NCBI GenBank assembly: GCA_964424455.1
Contig: CAYRJA010000005.1
Coordinates: 3,344 to 67,343 of the forward strand
DNA length: 64,000 nt
DNA from: an uncultured Bifidobacteriaceae bacterium
GTDB taxonomy: Bacteria > Bacteroidota > Bacteroidia > Chitinophagales > UBA10324
Direction of reading: 5' to 3'
Position 1 is the stretch's first letter, and each line of letters starts with the position of its first letter. Positions 28,651 through 37,836 of this stretch are shown one piece after another. Both the position numbers and the translations under genes were made by a program. The notes below the pieces were generated by a model. The model saw nothing but the letters and a program-made list of their open reading frames with translations, had not been told where the DNA came from and ran no database searches.

Positions 28651-29232
28651 ATGAGTCTCTGGAGAAAGGAGAAACAAACATACACTGATGAGGAACTTAT
28701 TCTTGGATGCATCCGTGAGGAACGGAAGTTTCAGGAGGAGCTTTACAAAAAATATTCACCTGTGATGTTTGTCATCTGTCTTAGGTATGCTGTGGATTAT
28801 TGTCAGGCAGAAGACATTTTGCAGGAAGGATTCATAAGAGTATTTGGCAATATTAACCGGTTTAGAAACGAAGGATCATTTGAGGGCTGGATGAAAAGAA
28901 TTTTTGTGAACATGTCTATTGAATGGCTGAGGCGACATAAAGTAATGAATGAAATGAAGGATGTTGAAAATACTCCCATGACTTCTTATCAGCAGGATGA
29001 TTTCCACCACCTTGCCACAGAAGATTTAATTAATATGATTCAATCGCTTTCACCCGGCTATCGCACTGTATTCAATCTTTACGCAATTGAAGGATATGCT
29101 CATCATGAGATTGCAAAGATGCTGGGCATCAGTGAAGGCACTTCTAAATCACAATTAGCAAGAGCGCGCTATCTGTTACAGAAAATGGTTGCTCACTCCA
29201 ATAAAATAAAATATGCAGCAGCAGTTCTTTGA
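28651..29232 (+). CDS. ECF-type RNA polymerase sigma-70 factor
   Basis: 193 aa with region 2 EDILQEGFIRVF and region 4 HTH HHEIAKMLGISEGTSKSQLARARYLL. Confidence 0.85.
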   Translation: MSLWRKEKQTYTDEELILGCIREERKFQEELYKKYSPVMFVICLRYAVDYCQAEDILQEGFIRVFGNINRFRNEGSFEGWMKRIFVNMSIEWLRRHKVMNEMKDVENTPMTSYQQDDFHHLATEDLINMIQSLSPGYRTVFNLYAIEGYAHHEIAKMLGISEGTSKSQLARARYLLQKMVAHSNKIKYAAAVL

Positions 29233-30448
29233 TATTAATCCTATTGATAAGGAATTTCGTAATGGGCTGAGCAATTTCAGGGAACAACCACGAAAGCGGG
29301 TATGGTATAGAATATCCAATATTTTAGATCAACAGACAATAAGAAGGGTAGGGAGGAGAAAATTATTTTTTGTTATCAGTGCAGTGGTTGTAACAGCAAT
29401 AACTGTAACAGCAGTATTGATCCCCGAATCAATTAAAACAATTACTAAGGATAAAATAAAGAATGAAGTTGCTTTTAGTGCTTCATCTGTAAAACAACAG
29501 AGCCAAGAATCTAATAATACATTCGGTAATAATATTACATTAGTTTCCCGTCAGCAGTTAGAAACGCTGAACAGTAATATAAAAAGTACTGTAAAATATC
29601 TTGATGGTATTCTGAATAAAGTAAACAGAGCAGAAGCAGGGGAGATGGATAAAATAGCCCGGCATCCGTTTACATGGTTGAAAGAAAAAGAACCGGGGAC
29701 AAAAGAAATTACACTGAAACATAGTCAACCAAAACAGGAGCGGATAACATCTCAAAAATATCATACAAAAAAATCAGGGATAACCGACCTGAAACTGCCA
29801 GTATCAAATAGTTTATGTATAAAAGGATTTTATGTCGGAGCAGGATCTGCGATAAACTTCACTAAGTTGATAGACGAGAAAGCAAAGAACAATGATAACT
29901 TTCATTATTTCTTTACAACAGGAACAGCTTATACTGTAAAAGCAGGTTACAATTTTTCTGAAAGGGTAGGAGTGGAAGCAGGATGGAATATAAAATCCAC
30001 AGAGGGACAGAAATATAATTTTATTCCTTACACTGTTGCGCGTTTAGATGCTGACCAGATGAAAAACAAAATAACACTGAACTATACGCAGGTTCCTGTT
30101 ACAGTTAAATACAAATTCAGTAAAATCAGTAATGTAACACAATCTCCTGTAGTGCTGAATGTAGAAACAGGTGTTCAATATGGTTATCTGAAATCAGTTA
30201 CAAAAACTTTTCAGAGCAGTTTAACTCAGAATGATAAATTCAGAAAAAGCGAAGTAGCTGCAGTAGCAGGCATAGGTTATGATATTTATTTCGGTAAAAA
30301 TATCGCATTGAATCTGGGTACAAGAGTAACTTACGGAACAAATATCTTCCAATCACCGGTATCTGAATACAACGAATTTTCTGCTCCGCATAATTTGACC
30401 GCAGGTATCAATGCGGGCTTGACCTATTTAATTCCGGGTTGCAGGTAA
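29213..30448 (+). CDS. putative anti-sigma factor with TM helix and C-terminal outer-membrane beta-barrel-like domain
   Basis: 411 aa overlapping the sigma gene by 20 nt. It has the TM helix LFFVISAVVVTAITVTAVLI and a C-terminus with alternating beta-strand patterns (GAGSAINF.., GYNFSERVGVEAGW..). Confidence 0.6.
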   Translation: MQQQFFDINPIDKEFRNGLSNFREQPRKRVWYRISNILDQQTIRRVGRRKLFFVISAVVVTAITVTAVLIPESIKTITKDKIKNEVAFSASSVKQQSQESNNTFGNNITLVSRQQLETLNSNIKSTVKYLDGILNKVNRAEAGEMDKIARHPFTWLKEKEPGTKEITLKHSQPKQERITSQKYHTKKSGITDLKLPVSNSLCIKGFYVGAGSAINFTKLIDEKAKNNDNFHYFFTTGTAYTVKAGYNFSERVGVEAGWNIKSTEGQKYNFIPYTVARLDADQMKNKITLNYTQVPVTVKYKFSKISNVTQSPVVLNVETGVQYGYLKSVTKTFQSSLTQNDKFRKSEVAAVAGIGYDIYFGKNIALNLGTRVTYGTNIFQSPVSEYNEFSAPHNLTAGINAGLTYLIPGCR

Positions 30449-30474
30449 TTCGATATAATCGTAGCTACGCCTCT

Positions 30475-32475
30475 TTATCTCCCCTCAAATTCTACCTTCT
30501 TTCCAATAGAACTTAAGCCCAGCAGTGCGTCTGCAGTGGAAAAGACGGTGATTAATTCGTTCAATTCTGACTTGCTTCCCTTTTGTTCTTCAATCAGTTT
30601 GTCTGCAATTCGCAGCGCGACAGGGGCTTTGCTTCTAATTGTTTTGCAAAGTTTGTCTGCCTCTTCTTTTGGTAATACCGTATTCTCACATTGCTTTAAT
30701 AAAAATTTATCAATAGAATTTGTATTAAAGAAATTTTCAATTGCTTTCCATTTCTCATCCAATGTTCTTTTTCCTGCAGCCGGGACCAATTTTTCTCCAT
30801 TCAACAATTCAAACATTTCTTCCGGAGATATTATTCCGTCAATTAATCCTATTTCATTCGCTTCTTTCGCATGAAGTATTTTCCCTGTCAGGATTAAATA
30901 TTTAGCCAGATTCTTTCCGGCTCTCTTAACTGAACGCTGCGTACCTCCAAGCCCCGGATAAATTCCTATTCCTGTTTCGGGAAACGCAACAGTTGTTTTA
31001 GGGACTGCAAGGATAACATCCGCACAAAGAGCAAGTTCCACTCCTCCGCCAAGCGCCATTCCATTGAGAAGGGCAACAACTTTCTTTTCTGATTTATCAA
31101 TCTTCTCAAAAACATGTTGACCGTAACTTGTGAAATCCACAATATTGCTGAGTGATTTATTTCTGATGTTTTTTACAAAGAATTTTATATCTGCCCCTGC
31201 AACAAATGCCTTCCCGCTGCCAGTGATAAAAATGGTTTTTACGGCCGTATCATTTTCTGCTTCTGAAAATTTTGCATCTAATTGCTTCATTACCTCTTCG
31301 TTCAGTGCGTTCAGATCTTCGGGCCGGTTCATGGTGATGACAGCTCTGTCTCCGTTTTTTTCTAATGTTATAAACTCCATTTCCCATAGAGAAGAAGAAA
31401 CATTGGGATACTTTTCGTTATAAATTTTGCAGTAGTTCTCTATCAGTCTTCTCGTTTCCGCTTCACCAAACTGTTTCATTAAATCTACAGGACCTCGCTT
31501 CCATTTTAACCCGATTTTTGAACCTTTATTCAAATCAATGGCGCTACAGGTTTTCTCCTCCAATATCTGCGAGCAGACAAAGAATACGCAGCCCAGCATC
31601 CGCTCTGAAATCTTTTTTTCAATCTCAGGATTAATTGTACTGTTACTTATATCTCCAATCAGCCAGTTTTCTTTTCTCTCCACCTGTTGCACAAGCTGAT
31701 CTGCAACCTTGTAGGATGGACCGAAAGGTTCTAAGGTGCGCTGTGCATGCATTGCAATAGGAACACCGGTTGCGTTCATCAGGACAAAAGGTCCCATTCC
31801 TATTCCAAAAGTTTTCATGCACACTGCATCAATAATTTCAGTGCCGGCAATTCCTTCGCCAAGAAGTTTGGCAGATTCATTCAGCCACGGAACAAAGAAC
31901 CGGTTCACAGCAAAACCATAAACATCTTTAGTATAAATCGGATCCTTCCCTGACAGAACGGAAAACCGGTAAGTTGTTTTTGTTGTGGCTTCAGAAGTTT
32001 TTTTGCCGGGAACTATTTCAACCAGGCGGTTTTTTGCTGCATGATAGAAATAATGCAATCCGATAAACCGTTCCGGATTTTTTACGGATGCTGCAAGCTC
32101 TGTTACAGAAAACGATGAAGTGTTAGTAGCAAGAATGGTGTCGGACGGAACAATTTCAGAAAGTGTTTTGAACAGATCTGACTTTACCCTGAAATCTTCA
32201 AAAATAGCTTCAATGATTATATCACAAACTTTTAAATCTTGAAGATTATCTGTTCCCGTCAGGTTGGAAAGAAATCCATTCACTTGCTCACCGGAAAAAA
32301 CTTTTTTCTCTATGCCTTCATGCAGCATGGATTTTATTCCGCTTAATCCTTTCTCCACAAACTTCATTTCACGGTCAGCGAGGATTACTTTGAATCCTTC
32401 CTGAGCAAATTTTTGCGCCAATGCTGAACCCATAGTTCCTGCACCAACTACACCAACTGTTTTTATGGTTTTCAT
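30475..32475 (-). CDS. fused 3-hydroxyacyl-CoA dehydrogenase / enoyl-CoA hydratase
   Basis: 666 aa with an N-terminal Rossmann VGVVGAGTMGSALAQ and a C-terminal crotonase KAFVAGADIKFF. It is the last gene of the operon. Confidence 0.85.
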   Translation of the reverse strand: MKTIKTVGVVGAGTMGSALAQKFAQEGFKVILADREMKFVEKGLSGIKSMLHEGIEKKVFSGEQVNGFLSNLTGTDNLQDLKVCDIIIEAIFEDFRVKSDLFKTLSEIVPSDTILATNTSSFSVTELAASVKNPERFIGLHYFYHAAKNRLVEIVPGKKTSEATTKTTYRFSVLSGKDPIYTKDVYGFAVNRFFVPWLNESAKLLGEGIAGTEIIDAVCMKTFGIGMGPFVLMNATGVPIAMHAQRTLEPFGPSYKVADQLVQQVERKENWLIGDISNSTINPEIEKKISERMLGCVFFVCSQILEEKTCSAIDLNKGSKIGLKWKRGPVDLMKQFGEAETRRLIENYCKIYNEKYPNVSSSLWEMEFITLEKNGDRAVITMNRPEDLNALNEEVMKQLDAKFSEAENDTAVKTIFITGSGKAFVAGADIKFFVKNIRNKSLSNIVDFTSYGQHVFEKIDKSEKKVVALLNGMALGGGVELALCADVILAVPKTTVAFPETGIGIYPGLGGTQRSVKRAGKNLAKYLILTGKILHAKEANEIGLIDGIISPEEMFELLNGEKLVPAAGKRTLDEKWKAIENFFNTNSIDKFLLKQCENTVLPKEEADKLCKTIRSKAPVALRIADKLIEEQKGSKSELNELITVFSTADALLGLSSIGKKVEFEGR

Positions 32476-33260
32476 TTAGTCAGTTCTTTTTTATTTTCCC
32501 AAACTGGTTTTCTTTTTTCAAGGAAAGCATGAATGCCTTCGTTTGCATCATGTGTTTCCATTAACTGTCTTACATACATGGTTTCTAATTGCGGCAGAAA
32601 ATTAGACAGTACATGATTGAATTTTGAGCGAACCGCCTTCACACCAAACCGAAGCGAGGAAGCGCTCTTTGGAACAATATGAGTTTCAATCCATTTTTCA
32701 AATTCAGTATCAAGCGTAGCTCTGTCGTCATACACTTCATTTACAAAGCCAAGTAATTTTGCTTCATCAGCAGAAATAATTTTTCCAGTAAGCAACATAT
32801 CTTCTGCTTTTGCCAGACCAATTTTTTCAGGAAGGATTAAAGATGCGGGTGGAGGAAAAACACCTAAAACTATTTCGGGCTGACCGAATTTTGCGGTTTT
32901 GTCGGTAAAAATAAAATTACACATAATTGCCAGCTCCATACCCCCGCCCAAGCATTGCCCGCTGACTACTGCTGCTGTTGGCACCGCTAAATCTCTCAGC
33001 GTAAAAAACAACTTGTGAAAACCATTAAGCATGGCAGCGGCAAATTCTTTCTTATGTTCTTCCACGCTGGCGCCAAACGAAAAATGTTTTCCCGCACCTT
33101 CAAAAGTGATGAGCTTTAATCCGTGATTTTCTTTAAAGCTATCAAGCAGTAACTGCAACTCTTCCATCATCATGTAATCAAGCACATTGCCTTTTCCATC
33201 GGTAAGTAAGATGCGCGCAACCGTGTTTTCGTGTGTGTATTTTACTGAAACCTTATTCAT
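32472..33260 (-). CDS. dch: crotonase-family hydratase, cyclohexa-1,5-diene-1-carbonyl-CoA hydratase-like
   Basis: 262 aa with GKHFSFGASVEEH and GQCLGGGMELAIMC. It has 4-nt overlaps on both sides and sits in Had/Oah/Bcr context. Confidence 0.65.
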   Translation of the reverse strand: MNKVSVKYTHENTVARILLTDGKGNVLDYMMMEELQLLLDSFKENHGLKLITFEGAGKHFSFGASVEEHKKEFAAAMLNGFHKLFFTLRDLAVPTAAVVSGQCLGGGMELAIMCNFIFTDKTAKFGQPEIVLGVFPPPASLILPEKIGLAKAEDMLLTGKIISADEAKLLGFVNEVYDDRATLDTEFEKWIETHIVPKSASSLRFGVKAVRSKFNHVLSNFLPQLETMYVRQLMETHDANEGIHAFLEKRKPVWENKKELTK

Positions 33261-34354
33261 ACTTTTTCTTTTTGAAATTGAGGAGAGATCAGTTTGTGCA
33301 TTTCATCATTCCATTCTTTACCTTCTGCAAGCAACTTACGGAGTTTAATGAAATCCACTTCGCGGTTTTCTTTAGTACCTTCATTAAACGCTCTGAATCC
33401 GGCTTTTGCTTCTGTCATCATGTTCAGAGCAAGCCATTCGCGGCTTGATTCTTTATTTTTATCCCAATGTTCCAGTTTAAATTTTCTAACTTCTGATATG
33501 GTTTTATTTGTGCAATTGGGAAAGGTGTGGAGTAGCTTTGAACACAGTTTATTCACAGTACTATCTAATAAACTCAAATCAGTTTCTGCCGAGGCGACCA
33601 TCTCTTTCGCCTTCTTCAGTTCATCTCCGGTTTTCTGAGCGCCAAAAATTATTTTTCCATATTCATCAGTAATTCTGTCTGTAACAACCATCGGATTAGG
33701 AATAAATTTTCCATTGACTTTAAGTACAGGAACAATATCTGTAACAATGCCATAATAGTATGCCTGATGTGCATTGAATGGATCGCATAAGGTGAGTGAA
33801 CCCATTGCACGCTCAATGCCCATATATAAAGGAAGAAAATCAGTAGCACCACCAATTGGGGCACTGCCATGTCTGGGTCCCGCCTGACCAAAGCGTGCCA
33901 TATCGCTTGTGATGGAGAAGTCGCATGCCATTCCAATCTCCTGACCGCCGCCAATGCGCATTCCGTTCACGCGGCAGATTACGGGCTTCTCACATTTCAA
34001 AATAGCGCTTACCATATCGTTAAACAAGCGCATGTATTGTGAATATTCCTGTGGATTACCGGAGTAGTACTCAGCATATTCCTTTGTGTTTCCTCCAGTG
34101 CAGAAAGCTTTATCGCCAACGGCAGTGAAAACAACCGCTACCACGCTGCGGTCATTTGATGCTTCGCCAAAAGCAAGAATGATTTCTTTGACGGCAGTTG
34201 TTGTGTAAGAGTTAAATTGTTTCGGATTGTTCAACCATATCCATGCATTGTAAAGTCCTTCCACCTCATCGCCGTCATGGTTCAGACAGGGACGTTTTTC
34301 AAAAATGATTTCGCGGTATTTTGCTTCTGTTAAATTATGATTTTTAAGTTCCAT
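33257..34354 (-). CDS. oah: 6-oxocyclohex-1-ene-1-carbonyl-CoA hydrolase-like ring-cleaving crotonase (Oah/BamA-type)
   Basis: 365 aa, long for a crotonase. Motifs are WIWLNNPKQFNSYTT, VGDKAFCTGGNTKEYAEYY and GGGQEIGMACDF, matching my recollection of Oah/BamA. Confidence 0.7.
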   Translation of the reverse strand: MELKNHNLTEAKYREIIFEKRPCLNHDGDEVEGLYNAWIWLNNPKQFNSYTTTAVKEIILAFGEASNDRSVVAVVFTAVGDKAFCTGGNTKEYAEYYSGNPQEYSQYMRLFNDMVSAILKCEKPVICRVNGMRIGGGQEIGMACDFSITSDMARFGQAGPRHGSAPIGGATDFLPLYMGIERAMGSLTLCDPFNAHQAYYYGIVTDIVPVLKVNGKFIPNPMVVTDRITDEYGKIIFGAQKTGDELKKAKEMVASAETDLSLLDSTVNKLCSKLLHTFPNCTNKTISEVRKFKLEHWDKNKESSREWLALNMMTEAKAGFRAFNEGTKENREVDFIKLRKLLAEGKEWNDEMHKLISPQFQKEKV

Positions 34355-34374
34355 ATTCAGTTAAGATTAATTGA

Positions 34375-35337
34375 TTAATGAATAATTTGAATTTTTTTAG
34401 TGAAACAATTTTCACTATTATTATAAGTTAAAAAATAAAGTCCTGTATTTACGTTAATGTTAATGGACTCTGTTCGCTTTCCTGATGTGTTTTTACCTCG
34501 GGTTATATAAACCAATTCTCCTAATAGATTGTGAATTTCTAATTTGTATGTATCACTGGTACTTGTTGCTGTTTCAACTTGAAACATACCGGTTGAGGGA
34601 TTAGGATAAACAATTATTCCCTCTGCTAAATCCTCAATATCAGTAACTCCCGTAATATACGACACACTTACATCATCAACTAATAAAGTACTGCCGGGAA
34701 CAGGGTTATGGTCGAGTGATGAAGAACTCATCAGAATGTATAATGTGTCAGGTGTTTGCGTGTCAATATAATCAAACACGATAGTAGCTTGCTGCCAAGT
34801 TGAGCCGGTCGCATTGAATAATTTCACAGCGCCTCCTCCTTGCGGATTTTTGTTTTTTACAAGCAGGGCACGACACTCAGCAGTATCATTTCCCTGCGGA
34901 TAATATTGATACCAGAAACTGAGAGTTGAAATTTTTTGAGTGAAAGGAATGCCGGGTTTATAGGTGGCTGCAATTTCGTTTGTGGTGCCGTTAAATAATA
35001 TTCCGAGCGTATCTAAGTAGCTGTGACCAATGAAAGGGATACCCCAGGGAGCATTAAGCGAGTGTGAAGCCGGTGTATAAACAACTGATTTAATGCGTGC
35101 AGAATATAAACCGGAATGAGCCGTATCACAGCGAAAGACTGATATAGGGCTGCTTCCCAGAACAGGACTGCTAAACATATTATAGGTCCACCATCCGTTA
35201 GAATTGTTGCCACTGTTCGGATTCATTGAAGCAGGTGCAAGTAAATCAGAAGACCATATTTCAAAGCCGGGATTTACCAATTGAGCGTGTAATGAAGTTG
35301 CAACAAGCAACAGAAGTAGTGTAATTATCTTTTTCAT
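34375..35337 (-). CDS. secreted protein with T9SS C-terminal sorting domain
   Basis: I place the start at the internal ATG (35337), which gives MKKIITLLLLLVATSLHAQ. The ORF-track start at 35418 would overlap the upstream gene by 71 nt. The C-terminus is IIVYPNPSTGMFQVE...GLYFLTY...KKIQIIH. Confidence 0.75.
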   Translation of the reverse strand: MKKIITLLLLLVATSLHAQLVNPGFEIWSSDLLAPASMNPNSGNNSNGWWTYNMFSSPVLGSSPISVFRCDTAHSGLYSARIKSVVYTPASHSLNAPWGIPFIGHSYLDTLGILFNGTTNEIAATYKPGIPFTQKISTLSFWYQYYPQGNDTAECRALLVKNKNPQGGGAVKLFNATGSTWQQATIVFDYIDTQTPDTLYILMSSSSLDHNPVPGSTLLVDDVSVSYITGVTDIEDLAEGIIVYPNPSTGMFQVETATSTSDTYKLEIHNLLGELVYITRGKNTSGKRTESININVNTGLYFLTYNNSENCFTKKIQIIH

Positions 35338-35347
35338 ATTTATTGTG

Positions 35348-36415
35348 TTAAATAAAGTCAGGTACAAGTACCGAGCGTTTGGTGTACTTATGTTCGAGCG
35401 TGTTTGTAAAGACTTCATTGATTTTGCTCATCGGGAAGGTTTGCACAAACTGTGAGATTTTCAGTTTATCTTTTGCAATAAGGTCAAGCACTTCGGGATA
35501 CAACTCTGCCCGGCAGCCCCATGTGCCGATGAGCTTTGCATCAAAAGCCATCAGATTACTCAGGCGAACCTCTACCTTATCCATTGTGAAACCAACGATG
35601 GAAAGTGTGGAAGTAAAAGTAACAAGGTTAAATGCCAGTTCCTGTCCTGCTTTCGTTCCGCTAATCTCAAAAATTTTCCATCCATACTTTGGCGCTTTGA
35701 TTTCTTTCGCTAATTCTTTTACTTTTTCCTTTATTGTTTTTGTGTCGATTCCTTTAATATTTAATGTGGCATCAACTCCGTTTGTTTTTGCAGTTGCTAA
35801 CTTATCTTCATTAATATCAAGTGCGATAACCTTTGCTCCGGATATTTTTGCAATGAGCGCACCGTAAACACCCACTCCGCCCACACCAATCACAATGGCG
35901 AGATCACCTGCTTCCAACTCTGATTTTTTAACCACCTGATAAGGTGTGGAAATAGCATCAGCTATTACTGCCAACTGTTCTAAAGGATATTTTTTCAGCA
36001 CCTCCTCCGGCACTTCACACAAAAATTTAGAAGGTGTTTTAATATGTGAGGCAAATCCACCGTGAAAATCATTTCCCGGCATCAGTTGGTTTCTGCAAAT
36101 ATTGCTTCTTCCTTTCTTACACAACTCACATTCACCGCAGGGCAATACCGCAGGTATAATTACTTTTTTGTTAATCCAACTGCTTTCACCGGCTACAACT
36201 GTTCCTGATATTTCATGACCGAGTGTAAGCGGCAAAGTGTGTTTTGTTTGAACTCCCGAGTGCCAGAAACTTAAATCGGTGTGACAAACACCGCAACCGG
36301 CGACTTTTACAAGCACCTCGCCCTCTTTTAATTCAGGATAATTTTCTTCAGCAAGTTTGAATTCTTTGTTGAGTTCAACCATTTGCCATTGATAAATTTT
36401 GTTATTCGTACTCAT
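35348..36415 (-). CDS. had: Zn-dependent alcohol dehydrogenase family, 6-hydroxycyclohex-1-ene-1-carbonyl-CoA dehydrogenase-like
   Basis: 355 aa with GCGVCHTDLSFWH, GHEISGTVV and the Rossmann motif GVGGVGVYG. Context is between the thiolase and oah. Confidence 0.65.
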   Translation of the reverse strand: MSTNNKIYQWQMVELNKEFKLAEENYPELKEGEVLVKVAGCGVCHTDLSFWHSGVQTKHTLPLTLGHEISGTVVAGESSWINKKVIIPAVLPCGECELCKKGRSNICRNQLMPGNDFHGGFASHIKTPSKFLCEVPEEVLKKYPLEQLAVIADAISTPYQVVKKSELEAGDLAIVIGVGGVGVYGALIAKISGAKVIALDINEDKLATAKTNGVDATLNIKGIDTKTIKEKVKELAKEIKAPKYGWKIFEISGTKAGQELAFNLVTFTSTLSIVGFTMDKVEVRLSNLMAFDAKLIGTWGCRAELYPEVLDLIAKDKLKISQFVQTFPMSKINEVFTNTLEHKYTKRSVLVPDFI

Positions 36416-37668
36416 AGATTTATGTTTTCAAACAGTATAGCCGTTCCTTGTCCGCCACCGATACAAGCCGATGCAATTCCATATTTTACTTTTCTGCGAA
36501 TCATTTCTTTTGAAATAGTCAGTGATAGACGTGTGCCCGTTGCTGCAAGAGGATGACCGATTGCAATAGCTCCGCCGTTTACATTTAATTTATTTCTATC
36601 AAGGTTCAATTCTCTTTCGCAGCCGATAACCTGTGCGGAGAATGCTTCGTTAATCTCGAATAATCCAATATCGGCAATACTTATTCCGGTCATTTCGAGC
36701 AACAAGCGGATTGCAGGTACAGGACCTAACCCCATAACCTTGGGATCTATGCCGCAGCTTGCTCCGGCAATAATTTTTGAAAGAGGTTTTAAATCTTTTT
36801 TCAGGATTGAATTTTTACCGGCAACCACCACACCTGCTGCTGCGTCCACAATGCCGCTGCAGTTTCCGGCTGTAAGTACACCGGTTTTGTCAAAAACTGT
36901 CGGGAGTTTTGAAAGCGCTTCTATGGTTGTGGCACGTATATGTTCGTCTGCAGAAAAATCTTTCACATCTTTCGGCAGAAATACCTTTCTTGATTTCAAT
37001 TCTGCTGCCTCAAACACAGTTGAATTGAGCGGAATAATTTCTTCTGTAAACTTATTTTTTGCCGCCATAGCTTTTTGAAAAGAGTGTGCAGCAAATTCAT
37101 CGCACTCCTGTCGTGTAATGGAATATTTCTTTGCAACATTTTCAGCAGTATATCCCATCGGATATCCCGCAGCGGTATCGTCCAGCGCTTCCCAAAGCAT
37201 ATCTTTGAATACCGGTCTTCCCAGTGGATATCCCATTCTGTTTCCAAAGGAAACTGTAGGCGCCAGCGACATATTTTCTGCTCCTACACACAAAACGGTT
37301 TGTGCCTTTCCCAAACTGATTTGTTCTGCACCGGTAATGATGGTTTCAAAACCGGAGCCACATATTCTTTGAACCATTAGAGCAGGAACCTCTGCTGGAA
37401 TACCTGCAAACAACGATATGTGCCGTGGAAGGAAATAAGCATCTGAAGAACTCTGTCCGATGTTGGCTGCAATGAACTGGTCAATTTCATCTGCTTTCAC
37501 ATTTGATTTTTCCAGCGCAGCGCGTGAAGCGTAAATGCCAAGATCCGTAGGCGAGATATTCGCCAGTGTGCCGCAATACTTACCGAAAGGAGTTCTTGCT
37601 CCATTGACTAAATAAATATCATCGAATACCATTCCGATTCCCCTTTCCTTATGATGAAATCCTTTCAT
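36412..37668 (-). CDS. acetyl-CoA C-acyltransferase (thiolase)
   Basis: 418 aa with active-site QRICGSGFE and C-terminal CIGGGQGTA. The true start may be the Met at 37632 (MVFDDIYLVNGARTPFGKY). Confidence 0.9.
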   Translation of the reverse strand: MKGFHHKERGIGMVFDDIYLVNGARTPFGKYCGTLANISPTDLGIYASRAALEKSNVKADEIDQFIAANIGQSSSDAYFLPRHISLFAGIPAEVPALMVQRICGSGFETIITGAEQISLGKAQTVLCVGAENMSLAPTVSFGNRMGYPLGRPVFKDMLWEALDDTAAGYPMGYTAENVAKKYSITRQECDEFAAHSFQKAMAAKNKFTEEIIPLNSTVFEAAELKSRKVFLPKDVKDFSADEHIRATTIEALSKLPTVFDKTGVLTAGNCSGIVDAAAGVVVAGKNSILKKDLKPLSKIIAGASCGIDPKVMGLGPVPAIRLLLEMTGISIADIGLFEINEAFSAQVIGCERELNLDRNKLNVNGGAIAIGHPLAATGTRLSLTISKEMIRRKVKYGIASACIGGGQGTAILFENINL

Positions 37669-37686
37669 ACTTGTTTTCTTATTGTG

Positions 37687-37836
37687 TTACAGTATTTGCT
37701 TGTTTTCTTTTATAATATCAAACGGCTTATTTTTATCTGCATAGTTTCTTAAAACTCTGGTGTAATTATCCATCCGTATAGTGTAAGAAAAGATGACAGG
37801 AAGAGAAACATAACTCAGCATAATCCTTCTGCTCAT
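37687..37836 (-). CDS. possible 49-aa small ORF, translationally coupled
   Basis: I translated it by hand as MSRRIMLSYVSLPVIFSYTIRMDNYTRVLRNYADKNKPFDIIKENKQIL. Its ATG overlaps the TGA of the upstream gene (ATGA). It is below the ORF-track size cutoff and has no recognisable motif. Confidence 0.25.
   Translation of the reverse strand: MSRRIMLSYVSLPVIFSYTIRMDNYTRVLRNYADKNKPFDIIKENKQIL

Noticed and set aside
35338-35418. The N-terminal extension of the T9SS protein ORF (track start 35418), which overlaps the had gene by 71 nt.
   Set aside because: The internal ATG at 35337 gives a canonical signal peptide and removes the overlap. The extension (MKSLQTRSNISTPNARYLYLTLFNTIN) looks non-coding.
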